From contig JBBQEJ010000001.1 in NCBI GenBank assembly GCA_038320555.1, positions 17,222-81,221 of the forward strand: a stretch of 64,000 bases of DNA. The letters run 5' to 3'. The translations under genes and the position numbers were made by a program. Within the stretch, counting starts at the first letter, position 1. The number at the start of each line of letters is the position of its first letter. This DNA comes from Vicinamibacterales bacterium (GTDB taxonomy: Bacteria; Acidobacteriota; Vicinamibacteria; Vicinamibacterales; 2-12-FULL-66-21). The notes beneath the pieces are model-generated. The model searched no databases and was not told the origin of the DNA. It saw only the letters and a program-made list of their open reading frames with translations. Shown here piece after piece: positions 37,287 through 46,293 of the stretch.

Positions 37287-38612
37287 ATGCGCGGACTGCG
37301 CTTCATCATCCTGCTGCTCGTCGCAATTCCGCTCGGCTGGTATGCGTACCACGACTCGACGAAGGGACCGATTGACGACTCGCCGAAGCGGGACAAGGTC
37401 TTCGCGGTCGAGGCGGACAAGATCGACGAGCTCGAGATCAAGTCGGCGTCAGGCGATCGCACGACGCTCCGCCGCAAGGGCAGCGACTGGGAAATCGTGC
37501 AGCCGATCGCCGCGCCGGCTGATCAGGCGGCCGTTTCCGGAATTACGTCGAACCTCTCATCGGTCGAGATTCAGCGCGTCATCGACGAGAACGCGGCGGA
37601 CCTGAAGGAATTCGGGCTGGCCGAACCGCGTACCGAGGTCGCCTTCAAGTCCAACGGCCAGCAGCGCCGGCTGCAGTTGGGACAGAAGACGCCGTCGGGC
37701 ACCGATGTCTACGCAAAGCTTGCCGACGCCAGGAAGGTGTTCCTGGTCCCGTCCTTTCTCGACTCGACGTTCAATCGGGGCACCTTCGACCTGCGCGACA
37801 AGTCTGTGCTGAAGCTCGATCGCGAGAAGATCGACACGGTGGAAATGACAGCCGGCGGGCGAACCACCCGTGTCGAAAAGAAGAACGGCGAGTGGCAGAT
37901 TGCCGAACCGTCCCTGGGACGTGCCGAATTCGGCGCGGTTGACGGGCTGGTCTCCCGCATCGCTTCCGTGCAGATGAAAGCGATCGTGCCGGACTCGAGC
38001 GACTTGAAGAAATACGGGCTGGACAAGCCGGCCGTCACGGTGCGGCTCGGCTCCGGGTCGTCGCAGGCCACGTTCCTCATCGGCGGTCCTGCCGAGACGG
38101 GCAGTGTCTACGCGAAGGATTTCTCGCGTCCCACGGTCTTCACGATCGAGTCGACGCTCCTTGACGACCTGAAGAAGGATGCATCGGAATACCGCCAGAA
38201 AGATCTCTTCGACGCGCGATCGTTCAACACGACACGGCTCGAGATCGTCCGCAACGGCCAGCCGACCGTCTTCGAGAAGACCAAGGTCAAGGACAAGGAC
38301 GGCAAGGAACAGGAAAAGTGGCGCCAGACCGCGCCGGTTGCCCGGGACGTGGACGCCGCGAAAATCGAGGCACTCATCTCGGCCGCCACTGGCGCCCGCG
38401 CCACCGGCTTCGTGGACAGCGCCGCGATGACGGGACTGGACAAGCCCGAGCTGTCGCTGACCTTCAAGTATGACGAAGGCAAAGACGAGCGCGTGGCCTT
38501 CGCGCGAACGAAAGACGGAGCGTACGCGTCGCGTACGGGCAGTCCGGGTGCCGCCAAAGTCGACGCCACGGTCATCGACACCATCGTCAAAGCATTCGAG
38601 GACGTGAAATAG
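37287..38612 (+). CDS. DUF4340-like periplasmic protein
   Basis: N-terminal anchor and repeated beta-rich modules. It directly abuts the gldG-like stop, as the fourth gene of this conserved cluster. Confidence 0.6.
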   Translation: MRGLRFIILLLVAIPLGWYAYHDSTKGPIDDSPKRDKVFAVEADKIDELEIKSASGDRTTLRRKGSDWEIVQPIAAPADQAAVSGITSNLSSVEIQRVIDENAADLKEFGLAEPRTEVAFKSNGQQRRLQLGQKTPSGTDVYAKLADARKVFLVPSFLDSTFNRGTFDLRDKSVLKLDREKIDTVEMTAGGRTTRVEKKNGEWQIAEPSLGRAEFGAVDGLVSRIASVQMKAIVPDSSDLKKYGLDKPAVTVRLGSGSSQATFLIGGPAETGSVYAKDFSRPTVFTIESTLLDDLKKDASEYRQKDLFDARSFNTTRLEIVRNGQPTVFEKTKVKDKDGKEQEKWRQTAPVARDVDAAKIEALISAATGARATGFVDSAAMTGLDKPELSLTFKYDEGKDERVAFARTKDGAYASRTGSPGAAKVDATVIDTIVKAFEDVK

Positions 38613-38722
38613 CTGGACGTCTGGCGCTCTTCCGTGCCCTGCTGCTGGCCGTCGCGTCTGCGTCGGCCGGCTGCACGCCGCACCAGCCCCCCCGCACGAC
38701 GCCGTCCCAGGCATCGGCCGCC

Positions 38723-40114
38723 GTGCGCGAGCTTCGCTCGGATCTCGCGCAGGTATTCGGCGCGTCCATCAACGATCGCGGCGTCTGGGCTGTCGACATT
38801 CGCTCGATCGAGTCGGGCGAACATCTGTACGAGCTCAACGCCGGCAAGCTGATGATGCCGGCGTCGAACATGAAGATCCTGACGCTTGCGGCAACGGCCG
38901 ATGCGCTCGGATGGGATTACCGGTTCACCACGACGCTCGAAACGAACGGGACCGTTAACGGCGGAGTTCTGCACGGCGATCTGATCGTCCGCAGTAACGG
39001 CGATCCCTCGATCAACTCCCGGGAACACCGGGCTGACGCGGTCCTCAGCGAGTGGGCGAGCGCGTTGCAGGCGGCCGGCATCTCCTCAATCGACGGGCGG
39101 ATCGTCGGCGACGATCAGGCGTTCGACGATGAGGGCGTCGGTGCGGGCTGGGCGTGGGATTATCTGCAGTACGGATACGCCGCGCCGGTCGGGGCGCTCG
39201 AATTCAACGAGGACGTCGCCGCCCTGATGGTGTCGCCGGGTTCCAGCGCGGGCGCGACGCCCACGGTGACGCTTGCGGCAGGCGCCGGTCTGGAGCTGCT
39301 GAACCGTGCGACGACCGGAGCAGCCGAATCCGAGAACACAATCGATTACCGGCGGCACATCGATCGCCCCGTTCTCGAGGTGACCGGGTCGATCCCACTC
39401 GGCGCGCAGAGTGACGCGCGCACGGTCGCGGTGGTCAACCCCACGGTCTTCTTCGCGCAGTCGTTGAAGGATGGCCTCGTCGCGCACGGGATTGCTGTGA
39501 CCGGCCAGGCCGTCGATTTTGACGACATTGTCGGCGAAATGCCCAGCGGCGACCCCCGTGTGCTGGCGACGACTCCCTCTCCTCCGCTGAGTGCGATCGC
39601 GGCGGTGCTGATGAAGACCAGCCAGAACCTCTACGCGGAAACGCTGCTGAAGGCACTGGGCGCCGCGCGTAACGGGCTGGGGACGACAGAAGGAGGGCGC
39701 ATTGCGGTGCGTAGCACCCTCGCGAGGTGGAGCATTCCGCGCGACGCCTACATCATGTACGACGGCTCAGGGTTGTCGCGGTACAACTACGTGACGGCCT
39801 CCACGCTCACCGCCATCCTCGAACACATGTACAGGGATCCGCGGCATCACGATGCCTTCATTGCCACGCTGCCGATTGCCGGAAAGGACGGTACGATCGG
39901 ATCGCGCCTGCGCCGCACGCGCGCGGAGGGGAACGCGGTCGCGAAGACCGGATCGATCGCCAACGTCCGATCACTGTCCGGGTTTGTGAAGACCCGCGAC
40001 GGCGAGATGCTCGTGTTCTCCATCCTCGCGAACGACTTCGTTATTCCCGCAGCGACGATCAACTGGATCGCCGATCTCGGCGTCGAGATCCTGTCGAACT
40101 TCACACGAAGATAG
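38723..40114 (+). CDS. dacB: D-alanyl-D-alanine carboxypeptidase/endopeptidase (PBP4, S13 family)
   Basis: PASNMKILT active-site SxxK, plus YDGSGLSRYN and KTGS motifs. The track start (GTG at 38723) lacks a signal peptide; an in-frame lipoprotein-like leader lies upstream (see findings). Confidence 0.85.
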   Translation: MRELRSDLAQVFGASINDRGVWAVDIRSIESGEHLYELNAGKLMMPASNMKILTLAATADALGWDYRFTTTLETNGTVNGGVLHGDLIVRSNGDPSINSREHRADAVLSEWASALQAAGISSIDGRIVGDDQAFDDEGVGAGWAWDYLQYGYAAPVGALEFNEDVAALMVSPGSSAGATPTVTLAAGAGLELLNRATTGAAESENTIDYRRHIDRPVLEVTGSIPLGAQSDARTVAVVNPTVFFAQSLKDGLVAHGIAVTGQAVDFDDIVGEMPSGDPRVLATTPSPPLSAIAAVLMKTSQNLYAETLLKALGAARNGLGTTEGGRIAVRSTLARWSIPRDAYIMYDGSGLSRYNYVTASTLTAILEHMYRDPRHHDAFIATLPIAGKDGTIGSRLRRTRAEGNAVAKTGSIANVRSLSGFVKTRDGEMLVFSILANDFVIPAATINWIADLGVEILSNFTRR

Positions 40115-40200
40115 CTTGGCCTTCCGCCTGTAGCTGTCCTTCCGCCGGTGGCTTGTCCTTCCGCCTAAAGCTTGTCCTTCCGCCTTCAGGCGGAAGAAAA
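40115..40200. repeat. CTTCCGCC-family repeat element, copy 2 (four units at 18-19-nt spacing)
   Basis: CCTTCCGCC occurs at 40120, 40138, 40157 and 40176. The last unit forms the hairpin CTTCCGCC-TTCA-GGCGGAAG at 40177-40196. Confidence 0.9.
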
Positions 40201-40224
40201 TCCCATCACCACTACAATAGACAC

Positions 40225-41022
40225 GTGCCCCGCGCCGTCGTTTTCGTCGTCTGCCTTCTCGCGAGCGGCGTCGGCGCCTGGCTCTGGTACTACAACACCG
40301 GGCGCGCGCACCCGGTAGAGGTGGTGGCGCAGCCACCGGCGCCGGACGGGTGGCTCGATCAGCTCTACAGTTCGAATCCCGCTGACGCCGATGCCGCGGC
40401 GCATCAGGTCGAGGCGCTCGGCCCGGGCGCGCTTCCTCTGATCCACGACACATTCCAGGATCCGGGCGCGTCACACCAGCGGGTCAAGGCCGCGCTGAAA
40501 GCCTGCGCAATCCTCGGGCCGGCAGCCGCTCCGGCCATAGGAGAAGTCGCCGAGCAGTTGCCCGATCCGACGCTGACGGCCGACGCCGCCCTGGCGCTGA
40601 GTTTCATGGGGCGCGGCGCCTTCGGCCCGCTGCGTGACGCGCTCTCCAGCGAGGACCCCGTCGTCCGGCGCGAGGCGCTGCGATCGATCGGGAAGCTCAA
40701 AGAGCGGGCCTCGCTCGATGCCCGCGCGGTCGTGCCCTTGCTGATCGATCGGGCGGTCGATGCAGACCCCGGCGTACGGACCGTTGCCGCAACGTATCTC
40801 GGGATCATCCACGAGGGAGGCCTCGACGCCGTGAACGCGCTGATGGAGGGGTTGAAAGACTCGGAAGCGGATGTCCGGCGCGCCGCGGCAGCGGCGCTGG
40901 GATCATTCGCGGCGGACGCTGAGCCCGCACTGCCGGCACTGCGAAAAGCAGCCGCAGATGCCGATCCGGACGTGGCGCGCGAGGCGGGGGTAACGCTGGT
41001 CAAGCTGCAGCCCAAACGGTAA
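40225..41022 (+). CDS. HEAT-repeat protein with an N-terminal membrane anchor
   Basis: VPRAVVFVVCLLASGVGAWLWYY anchor, then repeated DPxVRxxAAxALG HEAT/PBS-lyase-like units. GTG at 40225 within the longer track ORF. Confidence 0.7.
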   Translation: MPRAVVFVVCLLASGVGAWLWYYNTGRAHPVEVVAQPPAPDGWLDQLYSSNPADADAAAHQVEALGPGALPLIHDTFQDPGASHQRVKAALKACAILGPAAAPAIGEVAEQLPDPTLTADAALALSFMGRGAFGPLRDALSSEDPVVRREALRSIGKLKERASLDARAVVPLLIDRAVDADPGVRTVAATYLGIIHEGGLDAVNALMEGLKDSEADVRRAAAAALGSFAADAEPALPALRKAAADADPDVAREAGVTLVKLQPKR

Positions 41023-41029
41023 CCCCCGA

Positions 41030-42232
41030 TCACGCCGGCTGTGAAGGCCCCGCCTGCAGCAGTCCGCGCGCATACGTGATGATGTCGTCGGCTGAGCCCT
41101 GCAGTCCGCCGCCTTGTGCAAGATCGGGGCGTCCTCCCCCTTTTCCGCCGAACCGCTCGATCAGCTTTTTGAGGACGGCTGCGCTGTCGATCGTCCCGTC
41201 TGCGGCGCGCGCGATCGCGACGGCTGACGGCTGCGGCACGCTGAAAACCACCGCAACATACCCGGATCGCGCGGCAATCGCGGACGCAACGGCCTTCAAT
41301 CCGTTCTGATCCCAGCCTTCCAGGGCCTCGATCACCACCTGGATGTTGCCATACCGCTCGGCACGATCTGCGAGCGCGGCCCCTTCGAACATCGCAAGCC
41401 GCATCTGCAGGTCTTTCAGGTGCCGCTTCGTTTCCTTCGCATCCGCCTGCAGCCGCTCGATTCCCGCAGGCAGTTCCATCGGCAGCACCGACACGAGCCT
41501 GACGCTCGCCGCCATCGCGTCACGCAGCAGCCGATAGCCTTTGAGAGCGCGGACGCCGCACAGAAACTCGACCCGGGTGCCTCCACGAAAGCGCTCGGAC
41601 GATTGAACGGCAATCGCACCGATAGCGCCCGTTCGCGCGACATGGGTGCCGCCGCAGGCGGAAATGTCGAAGTCCGCCACCTCTATCAGTCGAAGCCTTC
41701 CCGTGCGAGCCGGCTCCTTTCGCAGAGGCAGCCTCGCGGCTTCCCCAGCATCAGCGAAGCGAATACCGACGGGACGATCCTCCCAGACGACGCGGTTCGA
41801 GTCGTCTTCAGCACGTTCGATCTCATTGGGTGACAACGGCCGATTGAGATCGATCGTCGACGACGCCGATCCAAGGTGAAAGCTCTCCGTACGCGCGCTG
41901 AACAGCCGATCGAAGGCGGCCGACAACACGTGCTGCCCCGTGTGCTGTTGCATGTGTTCGAAGCGGCGATCCCAGTCGATAATCCCCCGGACCGGCCCGG
42001 GCTCGAGGGGAACGTCAACGACGTGCAGAATCAGGTCGTCGTCGCGATCCACGACCTCGATGACGGCGGCGGTGCCCAGCCGCCCCGTATCGAAGGGTTG
42101 TCCACCGGACGTCGGATAGAACGCGGTGCGGTCGAGCACTGCGGCGAGCCGTCCCTCGTATGGCTCGACACGCAACACGATGGCGTCGAACTCGGCCAGG
42201 TAGGGATCGGTGTAATAGAGACGTTCAGTCAC
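41030..42232 (-). CDS. alaX: alanyl-tRNA editing protein (AlaX-L type, with DHHA1 domain)
   Basis: [11 protein letters not shown] and CGGTHV zinc motifs, with C-terminal [14 protein letters not shown]. The GTG at 42232 makes a GTGA overlap with the queC stop. Confidence 0.8.
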   Translation of the reverse strand: MTERLYYTDPYLAEFDAIVLRVEPYEGRLAAVLDRTAFYPTSGGQPFDTGRLGTAAVIEVVDRDDDLILHVVDVPLEPGPVRGIIDWDRRFEHMQQHTGQHVLSAAFDRLFSARTESFHLGSASSTIDLNRPLSPNEIERAEDDSNRVVWEDRPVGIRFADAGEAARLPLRKEPARTGRLRLIEVADFDISACGGTHVARTGAIGAIAVQSSERFRGGTRVEFLCGVRALKGYRLLRDAMAASVRLVSVLPMELPAGIERLQADAKETKRHLKDLQMRLAMFEGAALADRAERYGNIQVVIEALEGWDQNGLKAVASAIAARSGYVAVVFSVPQPSAVAIARAADGTIDSAAVLKKLIERFGGKGGGRPDLAQGGGLQGSADDIITYARGLLQAGPSQPA

Positions 42233-42903
42233 GGCCGGGCCCCGGCTGGATCGACGACTCCGGCCTGCGCGAAACCGCGCGCTCGAATGCGGCAACTGTC
42301 GCAGCGGCCGCACGGGAATCCTGACGGCGCCGGATCGTAACAACTATGCGTGAGGCCGTAATCGAGGTCGAGAGGGAGGCCTTCGCGGATGATCTCGGCC
42401 TTTGAGAGGTGCAGGAGCGGCGCCTTGATCTCGATCGATCGTCCCTCAATGCCCGCGCGAGTCGCAAGGGTCGCGACGCGCTCGAATGCGGCGAGGTACT
42501 CCGGCCGGCAGTCCGGATAGCCTGAGTAATCGAGCGCGTTCACGCCGAGGAGGATGGCGTCGGCGCCGATGACTTCGGCCCATCCGAGCGCGAGCGATAG
42601 AAAGATCGTGTTGCGCGCCGGAACGTACGTGGACGGAATGCCGCCGGATTCGAGCTCGCGGTCCTTCGGGATTTCGCCGTCACCGACGAGGGCGGAGCCG
42701 CCAAAAGCCGCAAGGTTCACGTCGAGCTCGACGTGCTTCACCACGTGCAGATTCCTGGCGACATCACGCGCCGCCTCGATCTCGCGCGCATGCACCTGAC
42801 CGTATCGCACCGTCAGCGCGTAGAGCTCGTACCCATCCCGCCGCGCCATGGCGCCGGCCGTGTAGGAATCCAACCCGCCGCTGAGTAAGAGGACTGCTTT
42901 CAT
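42229..42903 (-). CDS. queC: 7-cyano-7-deazaguanine synthase
   Basis: [13 protein letters not shown]-loop and a C-terminal CGRCDSC zinc cluster. ATG at 42903. Confidence 0.9.
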   Translation of the reverse strand: MKAVLLLSGGLDSYTAGAMARRDGYELYALTVRYGQVHAREIEAARDVARNLHVVKHVELDVNLAAFGGSALVGDGEIPKDRELESGGIPSTYVPARNTIFLSLALGWAEVIGADAILLGVNALDYSGYPDCRPEYLAAFERVATLATRAGIEGRSIEIKAPLLHLSKAEIIREGLPLDLDYGLTHSCYDPAPSGFPCGRCDSCRIRARGFAQAGVVDPAGARP

Positions 42904-42959
42904 AATTGATCTTCCGCCTGAAGGCGGAAGCCACAAAGGCGGAAGCCGCAAAGTCTGAG
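42904..42959. repeat. CTTCCGCC-family repeat element, copy 3 (inside the queE-queC operon)
   Basis: Hairpin CTTCCGCC-TGAA-GGCGGAAG at 42911-42930, then GGCGGAAGCCACAAA GGCGGAAGCCGCAAAG. It shares GCGGAAGCCACAAAG with copy 1. Confidence 0.9.
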
Positions 42960-43601
42960 CTAGACGCCCCTCACATCAGCGCCCCAGATGTACTTATGCG
43001 CCTGGAGCTGCAGCCTGACCGGAAGGCGATCTTCGAGAATCCACGCCGCGAGATCCCTGGACGGAAGGACGTTGTGTACTGGCGAAAACAACACCGCCGC
43101 CGTGCGCCCGACGAGCCCGTGCCGGGCGACAACATCCCGTGCGTACTCGTAGTCGGCACTGTCGCGAATCACGAACTTGACCTCGTCCTGGCGCGTCAGC
43201 AGCTCGAGGTTTTCCCAGTGGTTGTTCGCTGACTGGCCGCTGCCAGGGCACTTCACGTCCACGATGCGGATGACGGATGAGGGAACATCCTTGATGCTGA
43301 GGTGGCCTCCGGTTTCCACCATCACGATTCGTCCCAGGTCGAGAAGTTGTTGCATCAGCGGATACACGTCGCGCTGCAGGAGGGGCTCCCCGCCGGTGAT
43401 TTCCACGAGATCGCACTCGTACGCCTCGACGCGGGACACGACCTCCGCCACGGCCATCTTTGTCCCCTCGGTGAACGCGTATGGCGTGTCGCACCAGGAA
43501 CACCTGAGATCGCAGGCGGTCAGGCGCACGAACACGCACGGCCGGCCCGTGTGGGTCGATTCCCCCTGTATTGAATGGAAAATTTCGTTAATCGTGAGCA
43601 C
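42960..43601 (-). CDS. queE: 7-carboxy-7-deazaguanine synthase (radical SAM)
   Basis: [12 protein letters not shown] and the cluster motif [13 protein letters not shown] at 43601 (VLTINEIF). Confidence 0.85.
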   Translation of the reverse strand: MLTINEIFHSIQGESTHTGRPCVFVRLTACDLRCSWCDTPYAFTEGTKMAVAEVVSRVEAYECDLVEITGGEPLLQRDVYPLMQQLLDLGRIVMVETGGHLSIKDVPSSVIRIVDVKCPGSGQSANNHWENLELLTRQDEVKFVIRDSADYEYARDVVARHGLVGRTAAVLFSPVHNVLPSRDLAAWILEDRLPVRLQLQAHKYIWGADVRGV

Positions 43602-43661
43602 TTTCTCTCTATTGTACTTGGGGCGGGGCTGCGGGTCGTCCGCGACGAGTAGAATACGGGG

Positions 43662-43997
43662 ATGCCAAAGACGACGTTTTACTGGAAGCCCACCTGAACA
43701 ACGTGCCGCAACGCCAGAAGTTTTCTGGAGCAGCGTAAAGTGGCGATCGAAGAGCACGATATCAATCAGGAGCCCCCGGCCCGCGCATTTCTCGAGAAAC
43801 ACATCGAGGCGGACCATTTCCTCGATTTCGTGAGCACTCGAAGCCCCGTCTTCAAGCAACGGCCCCTGCCTCGGTCGAAGAAAGAGGCCATCGACCTGAT
43901 GATGGAGCACCCGAACCTGATCAGGCGGCCGATTCTGATCCGCGGGTCCAGCGTCATATTCGGCTTCGATAAGGATGCGTATTCAAAGGCTGAGTAG
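43662..43997 (+). CDS. ArsC/Spx-family thioredoxin-fold protein with an in-frame TGA at the redox Cys position (candidate selenoprotein; alternatively a pseudogene)
   Basis: The ATG at 43662 is in frame with the track ORF 43740-43997. The translation is MPKTTFYWKPT-TGA-TTCRNARSFLEQRKVAIEEHDI..., matching the FYxKPxCxxCRKA N-terminus of this family. An in-frame TAG lies 3 codons upstream of the ATG. Confidence 0.6.
43707..43735 (+). other. SECIS-like stem-loop downstream of the TGA at 43695-43697
   Basis: Upper stem CCAGAA (43714-19) pairs with UUCUGG (43723-28), with loop GUU. A possible 3-bp lower stem is CGC/GCG. The apical loop begins 22 nt after the UGA. Confidence 0.4.
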
Positions 43998-44029
43998 AGC
44001 AGAGACCTCTTCCCTCCGCATAACCACGC

Positions 44030-44980
44030 ATGCCTGACATTCGCATCGGCACCTCCGGCTGGAGCTACCCCACGGGCAAGGGCACGTGGAACGGGATCTT
44101 CTATCCGGTGCCGCCCGGCCGCCGGTCGGGCCGTGGCGGTGCGTTCGACGACCTTCGATACTACGCCGAGCATTTTGACACCGTCGAGATCAACTCGACG
44201 TTCTACGGTGTGCCCGCTCCGGCCACAGCGCGGGGCTGGGTCGAGCGGACGCCGCCGGGCTTCGAGTTCTCGCTCAAGCTCTTTCAGAAATTCACCCATC
44301 CGGGGATGTTCCTCAAGGCCACCGGGAAGGATCCGTGGAATCTCGGGCAGGAAGATGTGGACGAGTTCCGGGCGGCGATCGATCCGCTGGCGTCGGCCGG
44401 CAAGCTCGGCGCGCTGCTGGCGCAGTTCCCGGCCAGCTTCAAGAACGAACCGGACTCCCGCGCGTATCTCGCGTGGCTGCTGGAGCGATTTCAGGATTAC
44501 CCCGTCGCGCTGGAGCTGCGCCACCGGAGCTGGAGCGATCAACCCGTCGAAACGCTGCAGCTCCTCGCGGCCTTCGGCGCCGCGTGGGCGCAGATCGACG
44601 AGCCGAAGTTCCGGCTTTCAATCCGGCAGAACCTGCTGCCGAACGTGCGGACCTTTTACTATCTGCGCCTTCACGGACGAAACGCCGCGCAGTGGTGGGG
44701 CCACGACAAGTCAGAGGATCGCTACAACTACCTGTACTCCGCCGAGGAGCTCCACCCGTTTGCCGAGGCCGCCAGGGAAGCCTCGCGCGAAGTGAAGAAG
44801 GCCTACCTTTACGCGAACAATCATTTCTCGGCGAAGTCCGTGGCGAATGCCGCGATCCTGAAGCACGATCTCGGACAGCCGCTTCCCGGCGAGTACCCGC
44901 AGGAATTCGTGGATCGCTATCCCGACCTGAAAGGGCTCGTCAAGGTGTTGCCGGACCCTCTTTTACGTACGCCTTCTTGA
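44030..44980 (+). CDS. DUF72-family protein
   Basis: IRIGTSGWSYP N-terminus and YLRLHGRN motif. Confidence 0.8.
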   Translation: MPDIRIGTSGWSYPTGKGTWNGIFYPVPPGRRSGRGGAFDDLRYYAEHFDTVEINSTFYGVPAPATARGWVERTPPGFEFSLKLFQKFTHPGMFLKATGKDPWNLGQEDVDEFRAAIDPLASAGKLGALLAQFPASFKNEPDSRAYLAWLLERFQDYPVALELRHRSWSDQPVETLQLLAAFGAAWAQIDEPKFRLSIRQNLLPNVRTFYYLRLHGRNAAQWWGHDKSEDRYNYLYSAEELHPFAEAAREASREVKKAYLYANNHFSAKSVANAAILKHDLGQPLPGEYPQEFVDRYPDLKGLVKVLPDPLLRTPS

Positions 44981-45497
44981 GGATATCGGCGATCTGAATC
45001 TTGTCGACGATGTCCATGCCCTTGATCACGCGGCCGAACACCGTGTACTTCGTGTCCCACTCGGGATGCGGCTTCGTATTGATGAAGAACTGGCTGTCGG
45101 CCAGCCTGGGATCTGTGCCGGGATACGCCATCGCCACTGCCCCGCGTACGTGCCGCCGCTTTTTCGTGATCTCCGCCACGCCGATCGGCTTCCCGCTGCC
45201 GGAGCGGCCCCACCACTCGCGCAGGGTGACGTTGCGTGACTGCGGATCGCCGATCTGGACGAGCCCGAATCCCGTGTCACCGGCGCGATGAAAGCGCTGG
45301 CCGGTGTAGAAATTTCGTTTCACGAGGCCCACGATCTGCGCAACCGTCTTGGGCGCTTCCTCGGGGTATGTCTCGAACTCGATATTCCCCTTCACGGTCT
45401 CCAGCACGATCACGGGTCCTGCGCCCGGCGACGTCTGGCGCGCCGGCAGCGTGCCGGCCATCACGAGCAAGGCGCACAGGGCCAACCCGGTTCTCAT
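44940..45497 (-). CDS. cyclophilin-type peptidyl-prolyl isomerase (secreted)
   Basis: Signal peptide MRTGLALCALLVMAGTLPA, plus FHR..., SQFFI and VFGRVIKGMDVVDKI-like motifs. Confidence 0.85.
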   Translation of the reverse strand: MRTGLALCALLVMAGTLPARQTSPGAGPVIVLETVKGNIEFETYPEEAPKTVAQIVGLVKRNFYTGQRFHRAGDTGFGLVQIGDPQSRNVTLREWWGRSGSGKPIGVAEITKKRRHVRGAVAMAYPGTDPRLADSQFFINTKPHPEWDTKYTVFGRVIKGMDIVDKIQIADILKKAYVKEGPATP

Positions 45498-45528
45498 CTG
45501 CTCCCTTCCTTTCCCTGCTTGGGCGGCG

Positions 45529-46293
45529 CTACAGTGCCGCGTTACGGGCGCTCTTTTCAACCGCCACGTCAGCGGCGCTCTTTCCCACCCCCGCGCCACG
45601 AACGATCTTTCCCACCTTCGTGACGCCGATTCTCGGACAAACATCGGCGAGGACGCAAATTCCGCATAACGGGTACACCGGGCGGCACACGTTCTGTCCC
45701 CACGTCACGAGGTACAGATTGACGAGCGGCCACCATTTGCGGTGGACGGCCGCATACAGCGCGTGCTCGGTTTCATCGGGCGTGCGGGTCGCGACCCAGT
45801 CGAGGCGGTTGGAAATGCGGTGCACGTGCGTGTCGACGCAGATGTTATCCGCGCTGCGGTGCGCGAGAATCAGGACGAGGTTGGCGGTCTTGCGTCCGAC
45901 GCCAGGCAGCGTCAGCAGCTCCTCCATGGTCGCCGGCACGACGCCGCTGTAGCGCGACAGGATCTGCTCGCACGTGCGTTTCACGTGCACGGCTTTGTTC
46001 CGGTAGAAACTCACCGGATAGATCAGGCGCTCGATTGCTTTCACCCGCAGCGCCGCCATCGTGCGCGGCGTGCGTGCCACACGAAACAGCCGCGTAGATG
46101 CCGCGTGGGTGACAGCGTCCTTGGTCTGCGCCGACAGCATCGTCGCAATGAGGACCAGAAAGGGATCTTCCTGTTGATCCTCTGCGATTTTCTCGATCGC
46201 AGGTTCATCGAGCCCGTCGATCGCCTGCGCCAGCCGGCGCATCACCGCACGAATCCGTCCACGGGGAACGACCGGTTGCGGCGGGAGCGTCAT
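45529..46293 (-). CDS. nth: endonuclease III
   Basis: HhH motif LPGVGRKTANLVL, DTHVHRISNRL, and the Fe-S cluster CRPVYPLCGICVLADVC. ATGA overlap with the upstream dehydrogenase. Confidence 0.9.
   Translation of the reverse strand: MTLPPQPVVPRGRIRAVMRRLAQAIDGLDEPAIEKIAEDQQEDPFLVLIATMLSAQTKDAVTHAASTRLFRVARTPRTMAALRVKAIERLIYPVSFYRNKAVHVKRTCEQILSRYSGVVPATMEELLTLPGVGRKTANLVLILAHRSADNICVDTHVHRISNRLDWVATRTPDETEHALYAAVHRKWWPLVNLYLVTWGQNVCRPVYPLCGICVLADVCPRIGVTKVGKIVRGAGVGKSAADVAVEKSARNAAL

Noticed and set aside
35604-37352. 582-aa minus-strand ORF
   Set aside because: Antisense to the gldG-like gene, which sits in a coherent four-gene plus-strand operon.
43602-43661. preQ1 riboswitch upstream of queE-queC
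   Set aside because: The 60-nt leader has a small GCGG/CCGC hairpin. It lacks the conserved ACCC...A-rich tail (AAAAAACUA-like) of preQ1-I, and I could not fit preQ1-II/III features by eye.
43740-43997. GTG-started 85-aa ORF as the complete ArsC-family gene
   Set aside because: It would lack the N-terminal strand and redox motif of the fold. The upstream in-frame sequence matches the family perfectly except for the TGA, so I prefer the Sec (or pseudogene) model.
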